Source: Eledone cirrhosa (Eukaryota). From it: DNA of 64,000 bases. Positions 39,123-51,591 of this stretch are shown here, piece by piece; within the stretch, counting starts at the first letter, position 1; every line of letters begins with the position of its first letter. Below the pieces are notes generated by a model. That model saw only the letters and a list, made by a program, of their open reading frames with translations, ran no database searches and was not told the origin of the DNA. The translations under genes were made by a program, and so were the position numbers. The stretch covers positions 44,330,001 through 44,394,000 of the forward strand of contig OZ024743.1 of NCBI GenBank assembly GCA_964016885.1, given 5' to 3'.

Positions 39123-40374
39123 TTTCAAGAATTTTTAAAAGTCAATATTATTTTCTTCATAGTCAGTATTTTTTTCGAAATTTGTATAATGCTTGAAAGG
39201 TTCTTCCAGACTTATGGAGACAAGTTCCGAATAATTATTTTTTCTTATTAATTTGTAATTATTAATAAAGTTTCCAAATTGCAAAGATTGCAATTTGGTG
39301 AAATGGAAGCGTTCCGATAGGAATCAGAACCCTTTAGAAATATTAATTACTCAAGAAATTGAGTTTTTAATATTTTTCTCTTTTAAAGACCATATTAATT
39401 GTGATAATGATGTAGAACATTTTTTATCTGGATTAGAGAATGGATGTTTATTATTGGGAAAGCGAAACTTAAAGTTCGATGAAGTGGCACCAATGTAGTT
39501 ATAAGTATTATTATTATTTGTCTTAATGGTACATTTATATACTAAATTCTTGTCAAGGCAATTATTTTTAAAGGGCATTCAGATTTCCTTCTACAGTTAC
39601 AGTTCAATTCGAAGTTATTTCTATAACCTAAACTATTCGTATTATCATTATTATTTCTAGGTGTTCTACTATTATTCGTATTTAAACTATTGTTATTCAC
39701 ATTAACTAATGTATTATTATTATTATTATTATTGTTATTATCGCTAATTATATGCTGGTTAAAATTAAGAATTTTACTGTTAATATTTTCAATATTTTGC
39801 GCAATATTCATAGTTGTTGAATAAGAAAGTTTAACTGTGTGTCTATTGAAGATAGTGTAATACTTATGTGATCTAGGGAAACATTTATGAAAGGCTTTAA
39901 AGAATAAATGTGCTAAAGGTGTTTTAATAGCTAAAGGTGCCTGGCGGAGCAAACGAAATTATAGATCTACTCCTAATTTTTTTCCCCGATTTATTCCTCA
40001 AGTTGTTATTTTTACAGTCAGTTTATTTTTATTATTATTACTATGAATACTGTGTTTATAATTTATATTATTTTTTATACATATTCAATATTATTTTTAT
40101 ATCCTACTTTATGTAACGCTTCATTATAATATCCAGCTTTAGTATTAAATATGGATCTATTAGCAGATAGTCTGGATATTCGTTGTTGGACACTATTGAC
40201 TATGGCATTAATTATTATTAATAATTACAAATTATGGTAATTTAATTAATAAGAAAAAAGAATAATTCGGAACTTGTCTCCATAAGTCTGGAAGAACCTT
40301 TCAAGCATTATACAAGTTTCGAAAAAATACTGACTATGAAGAAGAAAATATTGACTATTAATAATTCTTGAAAT
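39122..40374 (-). mobile_element. Penelope-like element remnant with inverted terminal repeats (about 39122-39265 and 40235-40374)
   Basis: Minus-strand pieces: HKYYTIFNRHTVKLSYST, CNCRRKSECPL, NLVYKC, YIGATS..FK.RF..STSLSQLIWSLK (GIY-YIG). Ends are reverse complements. Confidence 0.85.
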
Positions 40375-40398
40375 ATTATTATTATTATTATTATTATT

Positions 40399-42839
40399 GT
40401 TCTTTGAGTCTCAGTCATTGATGTTAGTTAAGTGGAAAGTTTGTTGAAATGAATATCAAGCCACTACCTGCAGCCTCAGATATTCAGGACGTATCGGAGG
40501 GTTGTTGCTGTTGCCAGCAAGCATGCCTTTTGAAGTGTTCCAAAAAGCAGGGCGGGGCCAATTTTCTTTAACCATCCCTGGAAACCTTTTGAGATAGTAC
40601 CTAGTGCGCCTATGACAATCGGGACCACTTTGACGTCATGGCAGTTCCAAATCCTTTTTACCTCCCTCTTTAAGTCCTGGTATCGGTTAATGTTCTCCCT
40701 CTCCTTCTCTTGCACTCTCGTGTCTAATGGGCAGGCCACATCCACGATCAGGCACGATCTTTTTTCCTTGTCCAAAACCACCAGGTCAGGTCTATTGTGT
40801 TCCAGTTTCTTGTCGGTCTGTATCCTAAAATCCCACAGCACCTTCACCTGATCGTTTTCTATCACCAACTCTGGATTATGCTCATACCACTTCTCAGAAT
40901 GTGGTAAATTGTTTACTTTGCATAGGTGCCAGTGGATCACCCTGCCCATCACATCATGTCTCCAGCCCTTATAGTGAGTCTGGGCTAGGTGTTTACACTC
41001 GGATACAATGTGAGCCACAGTCTCCTCTCTCTCTCCACAGATCCTGCACAGTGGGCTAGCCTCCTCCTTGTAAATATGGTGTTTCAACCACTTCGTTTTG
41101 AGGGCCTGCTCCTGCGCAGCCATTAACATTCCTTCTTCTTAAGGTCTCCTCTTTTCAACCAGTTCCATGTCTGTGGATCTCTAAATTTAGTTTTCTCAAA
41201 GAAGGTACTATGAAGGAATTTTTCCTGAAGGCAGCTCTTTCTCCTTGATGTTATTTCCTCCTTGGACATCCATTGGCCTATTGTCCTTTCCTTCAGTACA
41301 GTTCTGAGCATTGGCTCCTTACTACCAGTAACGTATTTGTGCAGGTTGATTTTCTCCATCTGAACACAGTCCTCTATGCTGATAAGACCTCTTCCACCTT
41401 CATATCTCCTTCAGTAGAGTCTATCGACATCACTCCTCTTGTGGAAGATGTTGTAGATAGTCAATAGCTTCCTAGTCTTCCTATCCATTTCTTTTTGTTC
41501 AGCAACATTCCATCTCAGAATTCCCGCACTGTACCTAATAATAGACACAGCTCGGGAATTTACTGCACTTATGGCATTCCTACTGTTCAGATGTGACTTT
41601 AATACGCTCCTTACTCTCCGAATGTATTCAGTTCTTATCAATTCCTTCATTTTTTTGTTCTTGATGTCATCAGCCTCCAGTACGCCCAAATAATTGTATA
41701 CTTCTTCAGAGTCAATTTCCTTTATCCACTCACCTGTTGGTACCTGGATTCCGTTACTTCTGCTCAACTTACCCCTTTTCATCACAATGACTCCACACTT
41801 ACTAATACCAAATTGCATACATATATCATTGCTGAAAATACGGACAGTGTCAACAAGCACATCCAACTCTTTCTCACTCTTCCCGAAGAGCTTAAGATCG
41901 TCCATGAAGAGGAGGTGATTGATGGTAAGCCCTCCCTTTCCCAACCCGTATCCTGCCCTCACTTTTCGCAGTACACTGGTCAGGGGCATCAGGGCAAGGA
42001 CAAACAACAGATGGGACAGACTATCTCCCTGGAAGATACCTCTCTTGATCTTCACGCTTCTCAAGGATTCTCCAGTTGATGTTAACTCTGTTTCCCAGGA
42101 CTTCATACTTTTGCCCAACAACTGTCTGATGTTATCTGCCACCTTGAAGATCTCCAGGCTTTTGGTGATCCAAGAATGAGGCACCATGCCTTGTTGTAGT
42201 CTATCCATCCCATGGCAAGACCAGTGTATCTCCTCTTGCAATTCCTCATTACCATCTTATCTCAAAGTAACTAGTCCTTTGTACCACGTGACTTCTTTCG
42301 GCATCCTTTCTGTTCGTCCGGTAACAAGTTGTTTGTGTGAGGTGATGGTAGATTTCCTCAGACATAATGCTTGTCAACAGTTTCCACATTACGGACAGAC
42401 ATGTGATAGGTCTATAATTGGTAACATCATAACTCTTGATTCGGTCTTTCATTATCAGAACTGTGGTACCTTTTGTCAACCACTCTGGTACCTCACCTGA
42501 CATCAAGCAGTCATTGAACATGGTTGTCAGTTTCGGGTGGCGGGATGTTATATTTTTAATCCAATACCCCTGCACACCATCTGGGCCTGGTGATTTCCAG
42601 TTGGTTAGTTTTTTGGCCTGCCCCTTAAGAGTTTCAACTGTGATACTCAAATCAGTTTGTTGGTGTGCCTGTTCACTAATATCCTTCTGTACTGTCTCAA
42701 TACACACTGCCTGGTCATTATGTTTAACATCCTGCTCCCATATTCCTCTCCAGAATGTTTTAGTTTGTTCCGCCTCAGGGATCAAGTCGTTGCCTCTTTC
42801 TTTCCCTTCAAGCTGTCCAAAAGCATCTTCTGGTTGTTG
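40399..42839 (-). mobile_element. Dong family D copy 3 (RT + RLE), 5'-truncated
   Basis: ORFs 42249-42785, 41411-42241 (GIFQGDSLS, FMDDLK) and 40476-41129. Confidence 0.93.
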
Positions 42840-42863
42840 TTATTATTATTATTATTATTATTA

Positions 42864-44952
42864 TTTGCATTTATCTTGCTTTATGTTTATACGAGTTATC
42901 ACCAAGTCACAACCAGTGACCTCAAGAGACAACAAGGTCCGCCATGTTCAAGAAAGAACACACATATTCACACATGCATCCTTAGTATTTAGACTTGTGA
43001 TGTACTTATATTGACAGGATCTTCCTTAGTATATGGGCAGTTCCCATTAGTACTACCTTTTGTATTTCTCCTATACGCGGGTTTCCTGGGATTTGCGATA
43101 AGTAGTCGTTAGACCCCTTAGGTATCATTCCCAGAGCGCCTACAACCACTGGTATTGTTTTAGTTCAAAATTTCCACATTTTTCCAATTTCTATCTCCAG
43201 GTCCTTATACTTGCTCAATTTTTCAAATGTTTTTATAGATACATTCTTGTCTATTGGAACAGACATATCAATTAGCAGGCATACCCTCCTTTGAAAGTCC
43301 TTCAATATTATATCAGGTCTATTTGCATCTATTTTTCGGTCTGTTTGGATGCTAAAGTTCCACAAGATTGAGATGTGATCTTTTTCAAGTATGGGAGGTG
43401 GTTGATGCTCCCACCAATTCTTTTGATGGGGCAGGTCAAAATGCTTACACATTATCCAATGTATGTATTGTGCAGCTCTGTCATGCCTGTTTAGGTATTC
43501 GGTTGGAGCTATAGGACTGCACATTGAAATTATATGGTCAATGGTCCTCCTTCTTTCCTAGGGAGATATATTCTATCTATGTCTGCCTTAGGGTGATGCA
43601 TTCTGTGCATGGTTAAGAATTTTCGGATTTTTGTATCGAGCCTACGGATCTCTGTGCTTGACCAGTTGATGACATTGTAACTGTAGGTTACTACTGGTAT
43701 GGCAAGCGTGTTTATGGCATCGATCCTATTCCTTGCATTCAATTCCGTTCTTAAGATTGCTCTGACTCTGCGGTAACATTCCTTCCTTATCCTTTCCCTC
43801 ATTGTCGAGTGCTTGATTCCGTCTCCTTCACAAACACCTAGATATTTGTAAGTTTGTTCTTGATCAAGCTCTCTTATCACGTTCCCCCGATCAAGATTAA
43901 TGTCTGAACTCTTCAGCAGCTTTCCTCTGGTGAACGTTGCTTTGGCGCATTTATCCAGTCCAAACTCCATTTTAATGTCATCACTGAACTGCTTCACAGT
44001 GGATAATAGCCCTTGCAATTGTTCATCATTTTTTGCGAATAGTTTCAGGTCATCCATCTAGAACAGGTGATTAATGGTTTTGTCATAGACTCTATATCCA
44101 TGTTTTGTTTCATTGAGCATTTTACTTAATGGTATAAGTGCGATGCAGAATAAAAGCGGTGATAAAGAGTCACCCTGAAAAATTCTACAATTAATGTACA
44201 TTCTCCAGCTTCCAGTGATTTTGTTTCACTATTCAAAAGGAGTGTCGTTCTCCATGTCCTCATACTGAATGACAAAAACCTCCTGACAACGGGGGATATT
44301 TTGAAAATCTCTAAACATTTTTCAATCCAACTGTGTGGCAAACTATCAAATGCTTTTTTTATAATCTATCCAAGCAATCGATAGATTTTTGTGTCTATTA
44401 TGACAATCTTCCAGTATCATTTTGTTAACCAGAAGCTGATCCTTACAGCCATATGAGCCTCGTTTACACCCTTTCTGCTCAATGGGAAATAGGTCATTTG
44501 TTATCAGGTGGTCATATGTGTATTCAGTTAGGACTGATGTTAAAATTTTATACATTGTGGTCAAGCAGGTTATCGGTCTGTAATTTTTGGGATTGTTTGT
44601 CTCATCATTCTTCGGTAGCAGGAATTTAATGCCGTTAACTAGCCATGATGGTATCTTTTCTGGCTCCTTAACTATTTCATTGTAAAGTTGGGCTAACAGC
44701 TCATGAGACTCTGTGAAGGCATGTCGCGTTTTATCCTTATCCGCCAAGGGGTAATCTTTTCGTGTTACCACTTCTAGAACGAGTGTCAACCAAGACTAGA
44801 GGGGTCGTTCTCCCCTAGAGACATGGCTATTCCCCGCCGGCCGCCATCCCGGTATTTCTTGGTCACGGGGTTTTCTTTTTGTTGTTTTTTTTTAAATTGT
44901 TATTATCATGAGTGGTTCCTTAATGTGAGCATTGCGTGGCTTAAGAATGAAA
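42864..44952 (-). mobile_element. Dong family C copy with both ends but two large internal deletions
   Basis: 5' UTR fused to the pre-RT region at about 44722; RKEGG joined to the knuckle region at about 43545. Confidence 0.92.
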
Positions 44953-44956
44953 TTAT

Positions 44957-45814
44957 TAATAATTGTCTCCACTCCAGGGACAAGGCCAGCAATCACCCAG
45001 TGCATTACAATAATATAATATACTTTTTGTTGTAGTTGGCTGTTATTGCTGCTGGCTATGTCGGTGGTGGTGCCGGGGCTTTTTATATTGTTGGTGAGGA
45101 AGGGGTGAGCCAGCAGTCCCATAATTGTTGATGTAGACGTTTGTCCGTGGCAAGGTCACCAAGTCAATCTATTTATATCTTTTGCTAGCCTCTCTCTTGT
45201 CTAGTGCTACCACCACCTTCCCTTTTCTCTCTCAAGTTAACAGGGGAATAGTGTCAGTAGCATTGAATGAGCGGTGGCGGCGATGATGGATGTGGTGGGG
45301 TGGTGGCAGCGGTGGTGTTGTGGTTACTGATATAGTATCTATGAGTTTGTGTTCGTATGTTTAATATATATTTTCATTATATTTTGTGTTGACATATTCC
45401 CGTAAAATTTGAATTAAACATTTTTTTAAATTTGAGACAATAATAATAGTAATTATTATTATGATGCCGGTGAAGTTGCCGTTATATTTAGTGTGATGGG
45501 ATAGGTAGTGTATCAAGTTTCTGGTGTTGGTGAAATTGAAATTGCCGCTGTTCTATATAGTGTAGACAGAGGGTGTTTTGTTCCATTTATAACCATTTTC
45601 TTTTTTTGAATACAAAATATAGAATACAAAATTGAATATTTGAGCGATACAACAATATAATATGGATCCGAAACTTTATGGGACCTCATTCGGTGCCTTT
45701 ATGCAACATTTGTGCTAAGAATTGTTCTTTCACAATTGATTTAAATATGTTAAAAATCAAAAAACTTACGGGAGCAATTTCGTGACGTTCTACCACCTCG
45801 TGCGTCTTCTTCCC

Positions 45815-45815
<1 letters not shown>
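44957..45815 (-). repeat. Near-identical inverted copy of the ~860 bp repeat at 19502-20360
   Basis: ORFs 20195-20425 and 44892-45122 translate identically; ends match exactly by eye. Confidence 0.92.
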
Positions 45816-45888
<73 letters not shown>

Positions 45889-46000
45889 GAGTTCAAATCC
45901 CGCCGAGGTTAACTTTCCCTTTCATCCTTACGGGGTCGATAAAATAAAGTACCAGTAATGTACTGAGTAATTTCTGGCCTTGTTCCAAGAGAAGAAACAA

Positions 46001-46005
<5 letters not shown>
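45889..46005 (+). mobile_element. 5'-truncated SINE between (TAT)n and (TA)n
   Basis: Starts at B box gagttcaaatcc; central domain and tail present. Confidence 0.85.
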
Positions 46006-46082
<77 letters not shown>

Positions 46083-46212
46083 GAATAAACACAGTAAATT
46101 GTGTGTTTAGAATTACAAGGGTAGTAAGACCATGTTGGTTAGACGAATATAAACACAGAATCAAACGGAAAATACAAGATAGATTAAAATGTACTGACCG
46201 TTTCAATAACTA

Positions 46213-46305
46213 TTATCTCCCGGACAGATTAGAGATTAATCTGTTTCACCCTGAAAAGTTGTGTTTGTAACAGATAAACCGGAGGCAGTCCTCAGCGGGA
46301 GATAA
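46213..46305 (-). ncRNA. Type I hammerhead ribozyme in a ~280 bp solo unit (46080-46358)
   Basis: Minus strand: ttatctcccg CTGAGGA [41 nt stem II region] GAAA cagatta-atctc-taatctg TC cgggagataa. Perfect 10 bp stem I, 8 bp stem III, GTC triplet. Stem II base is weak. Confidence 0.8.
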
Positions 46306-46359
46306 GATTATATGCAATAAACACCTATCAGAGTAGGTAAAGTAAATAAACACGAGGTA

Positions 46360-46408
<49 letters not shown>

Positions 46409-46409
<1 letters not shown>

Positions 46410-49400
46410 AGTGGCATTTATCTTGCTTTATGTTCATACGAGTTATCACCAAGTCACAACCAGTGACCTCAAGAGACAACAAGGTCCGCCATGTTCAAGA
46501 AAGAACATACATATTCACACATGCATCTTTAGTGTTTAGACTTGTGATGTACTTATATTCACAGAATCTTCCTTACTATATGGGCAGTTCCCATTAGTAC
46601 TATCTTTTGTATTTCTCCTATACGCGGGTTTCCTGATAAGTAGTCATTAGACCCCTTAGGTATCATTCCCAGAGCGCCTACAACCACTGGTATTGTTTTA
46701 GTTCTCAATTTCCACATTTTTCCAATTTCTATCTCCAGGTCCTTATACTTGCTCAATTTTTCAAATGTTTTTATAGATACATTCTTGTCTATTGGAACAG
46801 ACATATCAATTAGCAGGCATACCCTCTTTTGAAAGTCCTTCAATATTATATCAGGTCTATTTGCATCTATTTTTCGTTCTGTTTGGATGCTAAAGTTCCA
46901 CAAGATTGAGATGTGATCTTTTTCAAGTATGGGATGTGGTTGATGCTCCCAGCAATTCTTTTGATGGGGCAGGTCAAAATGCTTACACATTATCCAATGT
47001 ATGTATTGTGCAGCTCTATGATGCCTGTTTAGGTATTCGGTTGGAGCTATAGGACTGCACATTGAAATTATATGGTCAATGGTCTCTGGTTGTTTTTTGC
47101 TTACACGGCATAATGGGCTGCACCCATTTTTTATTATGTTGGCTTGGTAATTTTTTGTTGGCAGACACTGATCTTGTGCGGATATAATCAGTCCTTCAGT
47201 CTCCGATTTCAGTCCAGAGGATGCCAACCACTGATGGGTTAAAGTTTTGTCAACATCAGGATTGTTAGCTCGTTCTGGGTATTTTCCATACAGAGGCTTT
47301 TCTTGCCATTTCTTAGCCAGTTTCTGTAGCAGTTCTTTCTTTGCAGTTACTTTTACCTGCTTTGCTTTTTCTGTGTTTTCCATTTCAGCAGTAAATGGGA
47401 CTTCTGAAATTTGTAGTCCATTACTGTATCTTTGTGCATCTTTTGTAATGGAATATGATCTTTTGGTGCTTTCGTGTTTCAAAACGAGTTTGATCATCCA
47501 ATCATGTGATTCCCTTAGATATGTGGATAATCCAATTGTTGCAGATTTCAACGCAATGTCTAACTGGATTAATCCACGTCCTCCTTCTTTCCTAGGGAGA
47601 TATATTCTATCTATATCTGTCTTAGGGTGATGCATTCTGTGCATGGTTAAGAATTTTCTAATTTTTGTATTTAGCCTACGGATCTCTGTGCTTGATCAGT
47701 TGATGACATTTTAACTGTAGGTTACTACTGGTATGGCAAGCGTGTTTATGGCATCGATCCTATTCCTTGTATTCAATTCCGTTTTTAAGATTGCTCTTAC
47801 TCTGCGGTAACATTCCTTCCTTATCCTTTCCCTCATTGTCAAGTGCTTGATTCCGTCTCCTTCACAAACACCTAGATATTTGTAAGTTTTTTCTTGATCA
47901 AGTTCTCTTATCACGTTCCCCCGATCAAGATTAATGTCTGAACTCTTCAGCAGCTTTCCTCTGGTGAACGTTGCTTTGGCGCATTTATCTATTCCAAACT
48001 CCATTTTAATGTCATCACTGAACTGCTTCACAGTGGATAATAACCCTTGCAATTGTTCATCATTTTTTGCAAATAGTTTCAGGTCATCCATGTAGAACAG
48101 GTGATTAATGGTTTTGTCATAGACTTTATATCCATGTTTTGTTTCATTGAGCATTTTACTTAATGGTATAAATGCGATGCAGAATAAAAGCGGTGATAAA
48201 GAGTCACCCTGAAAAATTCCACAATTAATATTAACTTCTCCTGCTTCCAGTGATTTTGTTTCACTATTCAAAAGGAGTGTCCTTTTCCATGTCTTCTTAC
48301 TGAATAACAAAAACCTCCTGACAACAATATTTTGAAAATCTCTAAACATTTTTCAATCCAACTGTGTGGCCAACTATCGAATGCTTTTTTATAATCTATC
48401 CAAGCAATCGATAGATTTTTGTGTCTATTATGACAATCTTCCAGTATCATTTTGTTAACCAAAAGCTGATCCTTACAGCCATATAAGCCTCGTTTACACC
48501 CTTTCTTCTCAATGGGAAATAGGTCATTTGTTATCAGGTGGTCATATGTGTATTCAGTTAGGACTGATGTTAAAATGTTATACGTTGTGGTCAAGCAAGT
48601 TATCGGTCTGTAATCTTTGGGATTGTTCGTCTCATCATTCTTCGGAAGCAGGAATGTAATGCCGTTAACTAGCGATGATGGTATCTTTTCTGGCTCCTTT
48701 ACTATTTCATTGTAAAGTTGGGCTAACAGCTCATGAGACTCTGTGAAGGCATTTATCCAAAAGTTTTGTATTTTGTCTTTTCCTGGGGATTTCCATTTGC
48801 TGGTTTTTCTTAGAGCCAAGCGCAACTGTTCAACTGTTATATTTTCCCATGTTTGTTCCTCAAGGTGAGCTGTATCTTTCATTTGTCTGTCTATCCATAG
48901 GGCATGTATGTTATGAACTTTTTCTTCGGCTCAGATCTTTTCCCAGAATTCTTGCACTTCCTCCTTGGGTGGTATTGATTTAGCAGTTATTGTTGCCTTA
49001 CCAATTTTTCTGTAGATGTTTCTTTGGTTGTTTTTGAACATATTATTGTCCTTATAGAATCTAGATCGTTTTTCAAAGCGCCTTATACGAGCAGCTTTGG
49101 CCGACACTTTTTCCTTGATTATTTCTATCAGCATGTCTATGTCACATGTTGATTTTATACTGTACTTTTTTTTCAATTTTCTAAGTTTAGTTTGTTTAAC
49201 ATGTTCACATACTTTATAGTGTGTTAAAATGTCTATGTCAGATCGGAGAAGGTTTATTTGGTGATTGATGTTCTCTTGCCAAGTAGATTTCTTGTGGGAA
49301 TTCCTTTGTTTTTTCATCTTCACTCCACATAAGTGAGTGGTGACTTTAGCCGATGCATAATAGAGATGATTTAAATCAGTAATGTTTAGTTTGTTTGTGA

Positions 49401-50431
49401 TGATAATGTTTTTGAGAATTATGTTATTCTTGTGTATTATCTTTTGGTCCTGTTTGGAGTTCTGGATCTTAGGGAGGGTGTCTCGTTGCCCCATGTCAGA
49501 TTCTTTCATTTTCATCCATTCGATCATAATTTCATCCTTCAAGTTGGCAAGTTCATTCTCATTCATTTCTTTATCATTTACGATCTCATTATTTTCATTT
49601 GGAGTTTCATCCTGAGCATGCACTCCCTCCACTTTTTCGATCCTTTCTTTAATTTGTTCTGTTGCCAGTGATTCCGCCCCAACCCTGGGATTCGAAGTGT
49701 TACAGTTTACCTCGTTTTCACTGACACATGTTTCACTTTCCCTTCGCTGACTTTGTGCTAATAGCTTGATCTGATCAATTTCTATATCAGTTAGTAACTT
49801 TTTTCTTACAATATTTCTTCGTATATTGGCTAGTTTGTTACTGTCAATATAGCCTCTGTTTTCGGGATGTTTCTTTTTCCAGTTGATATATGTCTGTTCT
49901 GTATTCGATGTATTTGATGGGTAGTACATGGCACTGTAGAAAGCCTCAAGGACTACCTTATTATCTTCCCTTGACCATTTTTCTCTCTTTTTCTCTGGAT
50001 TTCTTGGTGGTGAGCATGGAGGGCCAACAGTAGGAGTATTCCCGTTATGGGAGGTCTCCAGCTCCGAAGTGATGGGAAGGTTTGAACCATTAGCTGATTT
50101 TTTTACCCCAGTCTGGTTCCTCTCTGAGGGACGCGGCCCTTTTTGACCCGGGTGACGGCCGATCCGGTATGAGATTTTATCATTAGACATTTACTTTATT
50201 TTGTCGCGTTTTATCCTTATCCGCCAAGGGGTAATCATTTCGTGTTACCACTTCTAGAACGAGTGTCAACCAAGACTAGAGGGGTCGTTCTCCCCTAGAG
50301 ACACGGCTATTCCCCGCCGGCCGCCATCCCGGTATTTCTTTGTCACGGGGTTTTCTTTTTGTTGTTTTTTTTAAATTGTTATTATCATGAGTGGTTCCTT
50401 AATGTGAGCATTGCGTGGCTTAAGAATGAAA
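46409..50431 (-). mobile_element. Near-intact full-length Dong family C copy (inverted)
   Basis: ORFs 48931-50190 (419 aa), 48268-48882, 47711-48349 and 46559-47644; TAA tail at 46360-46408. Confidence 0.95.
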
Positions 50432-50435
50432 TTAT

Positions 50436-51517
50436 TAATAATTCTCTCCACTCCAGGCACAAGGCCAGCAATCACCCAGTGCATTACAATAATATAATAT
50501 ACTTTTTGTTGTAGTTGGCTGTTATTGTTGTTGGCTATGTCGGTGGTGGTGCCGGGGCTTTTTATATTGTTGGTGAGGAAGGGGTGAGCCAGCAGTCCCA
50601 TAGTTGTTTATGATGACGTTTGGCCGCTGGCCAGGTCACTAAGTCAATCTATTTATATCTTTTGCTAGCCTCTCCCTTGTCTAGTGATACCGCCACCTCC
50701 CTCTTTCTCTCTCAAGTTAACAGGGGAATAGTGGCGGTAGCATTGAAGGAGTGGTGGCGGCGACGATGGGATAGTGGTAGCAATGATGGATGGGGTGGGC
50801 TGGTGGCAGCGGTGGCGTTGTGGTTACTGATATGTAGTATCTATGAGTTTGTGTTCGTATGTTTAATATATATTTTTATTATATTTTGTGTTGACATATT
50901 CCCGTAAAATTGGAATTAAACATTTTTTTTTAAATTTGAGACAATAATAATAGTAATTCTATAATAGTAATTTTATAATGTGATGGCAGCAGCCAGCGGG
51001 GGAGATGTGGGAGACAGTAGCGGTGGTATCGATACTGAGACAGTGGTGGTGGTGATGTCGATACCGAGGCAGTGGTGGGGGTGATGTGATCGTATTACTG
51101 TAGTGATGGTGTTGTAGCGGTGGTAGCAATGAAGGAGTGGTGGCGGTGGTGATGGGATAGTGGTGGTAATGATGGCAGTAGTGAGTGGTGGTGGTGAAAT
51201 TGCCGTTATCTGGCTGTTGTGTTTAGTGTACACAGAGAGGTGATGGGGTAGGTGGTGTATCTAGTTTCTGGTGTTGGTGAGATTGGTGTTGTTTGGCTGT
51301 TCTCATAGCGTAGACAGAGGAGGGGGGGTGGGTTGTTCTTCCATTTATAGCCATTTTCTTTTTTGAATATACAATGTACAATACAAAGTTGAATATTTGA
51401 ATATTTGAGCCTTATAACAATATATTTTGGGTCCGAATTTTTTTGGGCGCAAGCCGGATGCTTTACGTAGCATTTGTACTAAGAGTTGTTATTTCACAAA
51501 TCATTTAAATATGTTAA

Positions 51518-51518
<1 letters not shown>
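50436..51518 (-). repeat. Diverged, longer inverted copy of the ~860 bp repeat
   Basis: ORF 50371-50601 is nearly identical to 20195-20425; extra GGT-rich block at about 50980-51240. Confidence 0.85.
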
Positions 51519-51519
<1 letters not shown>

Positions 51520-51591
<72 letters not shown>

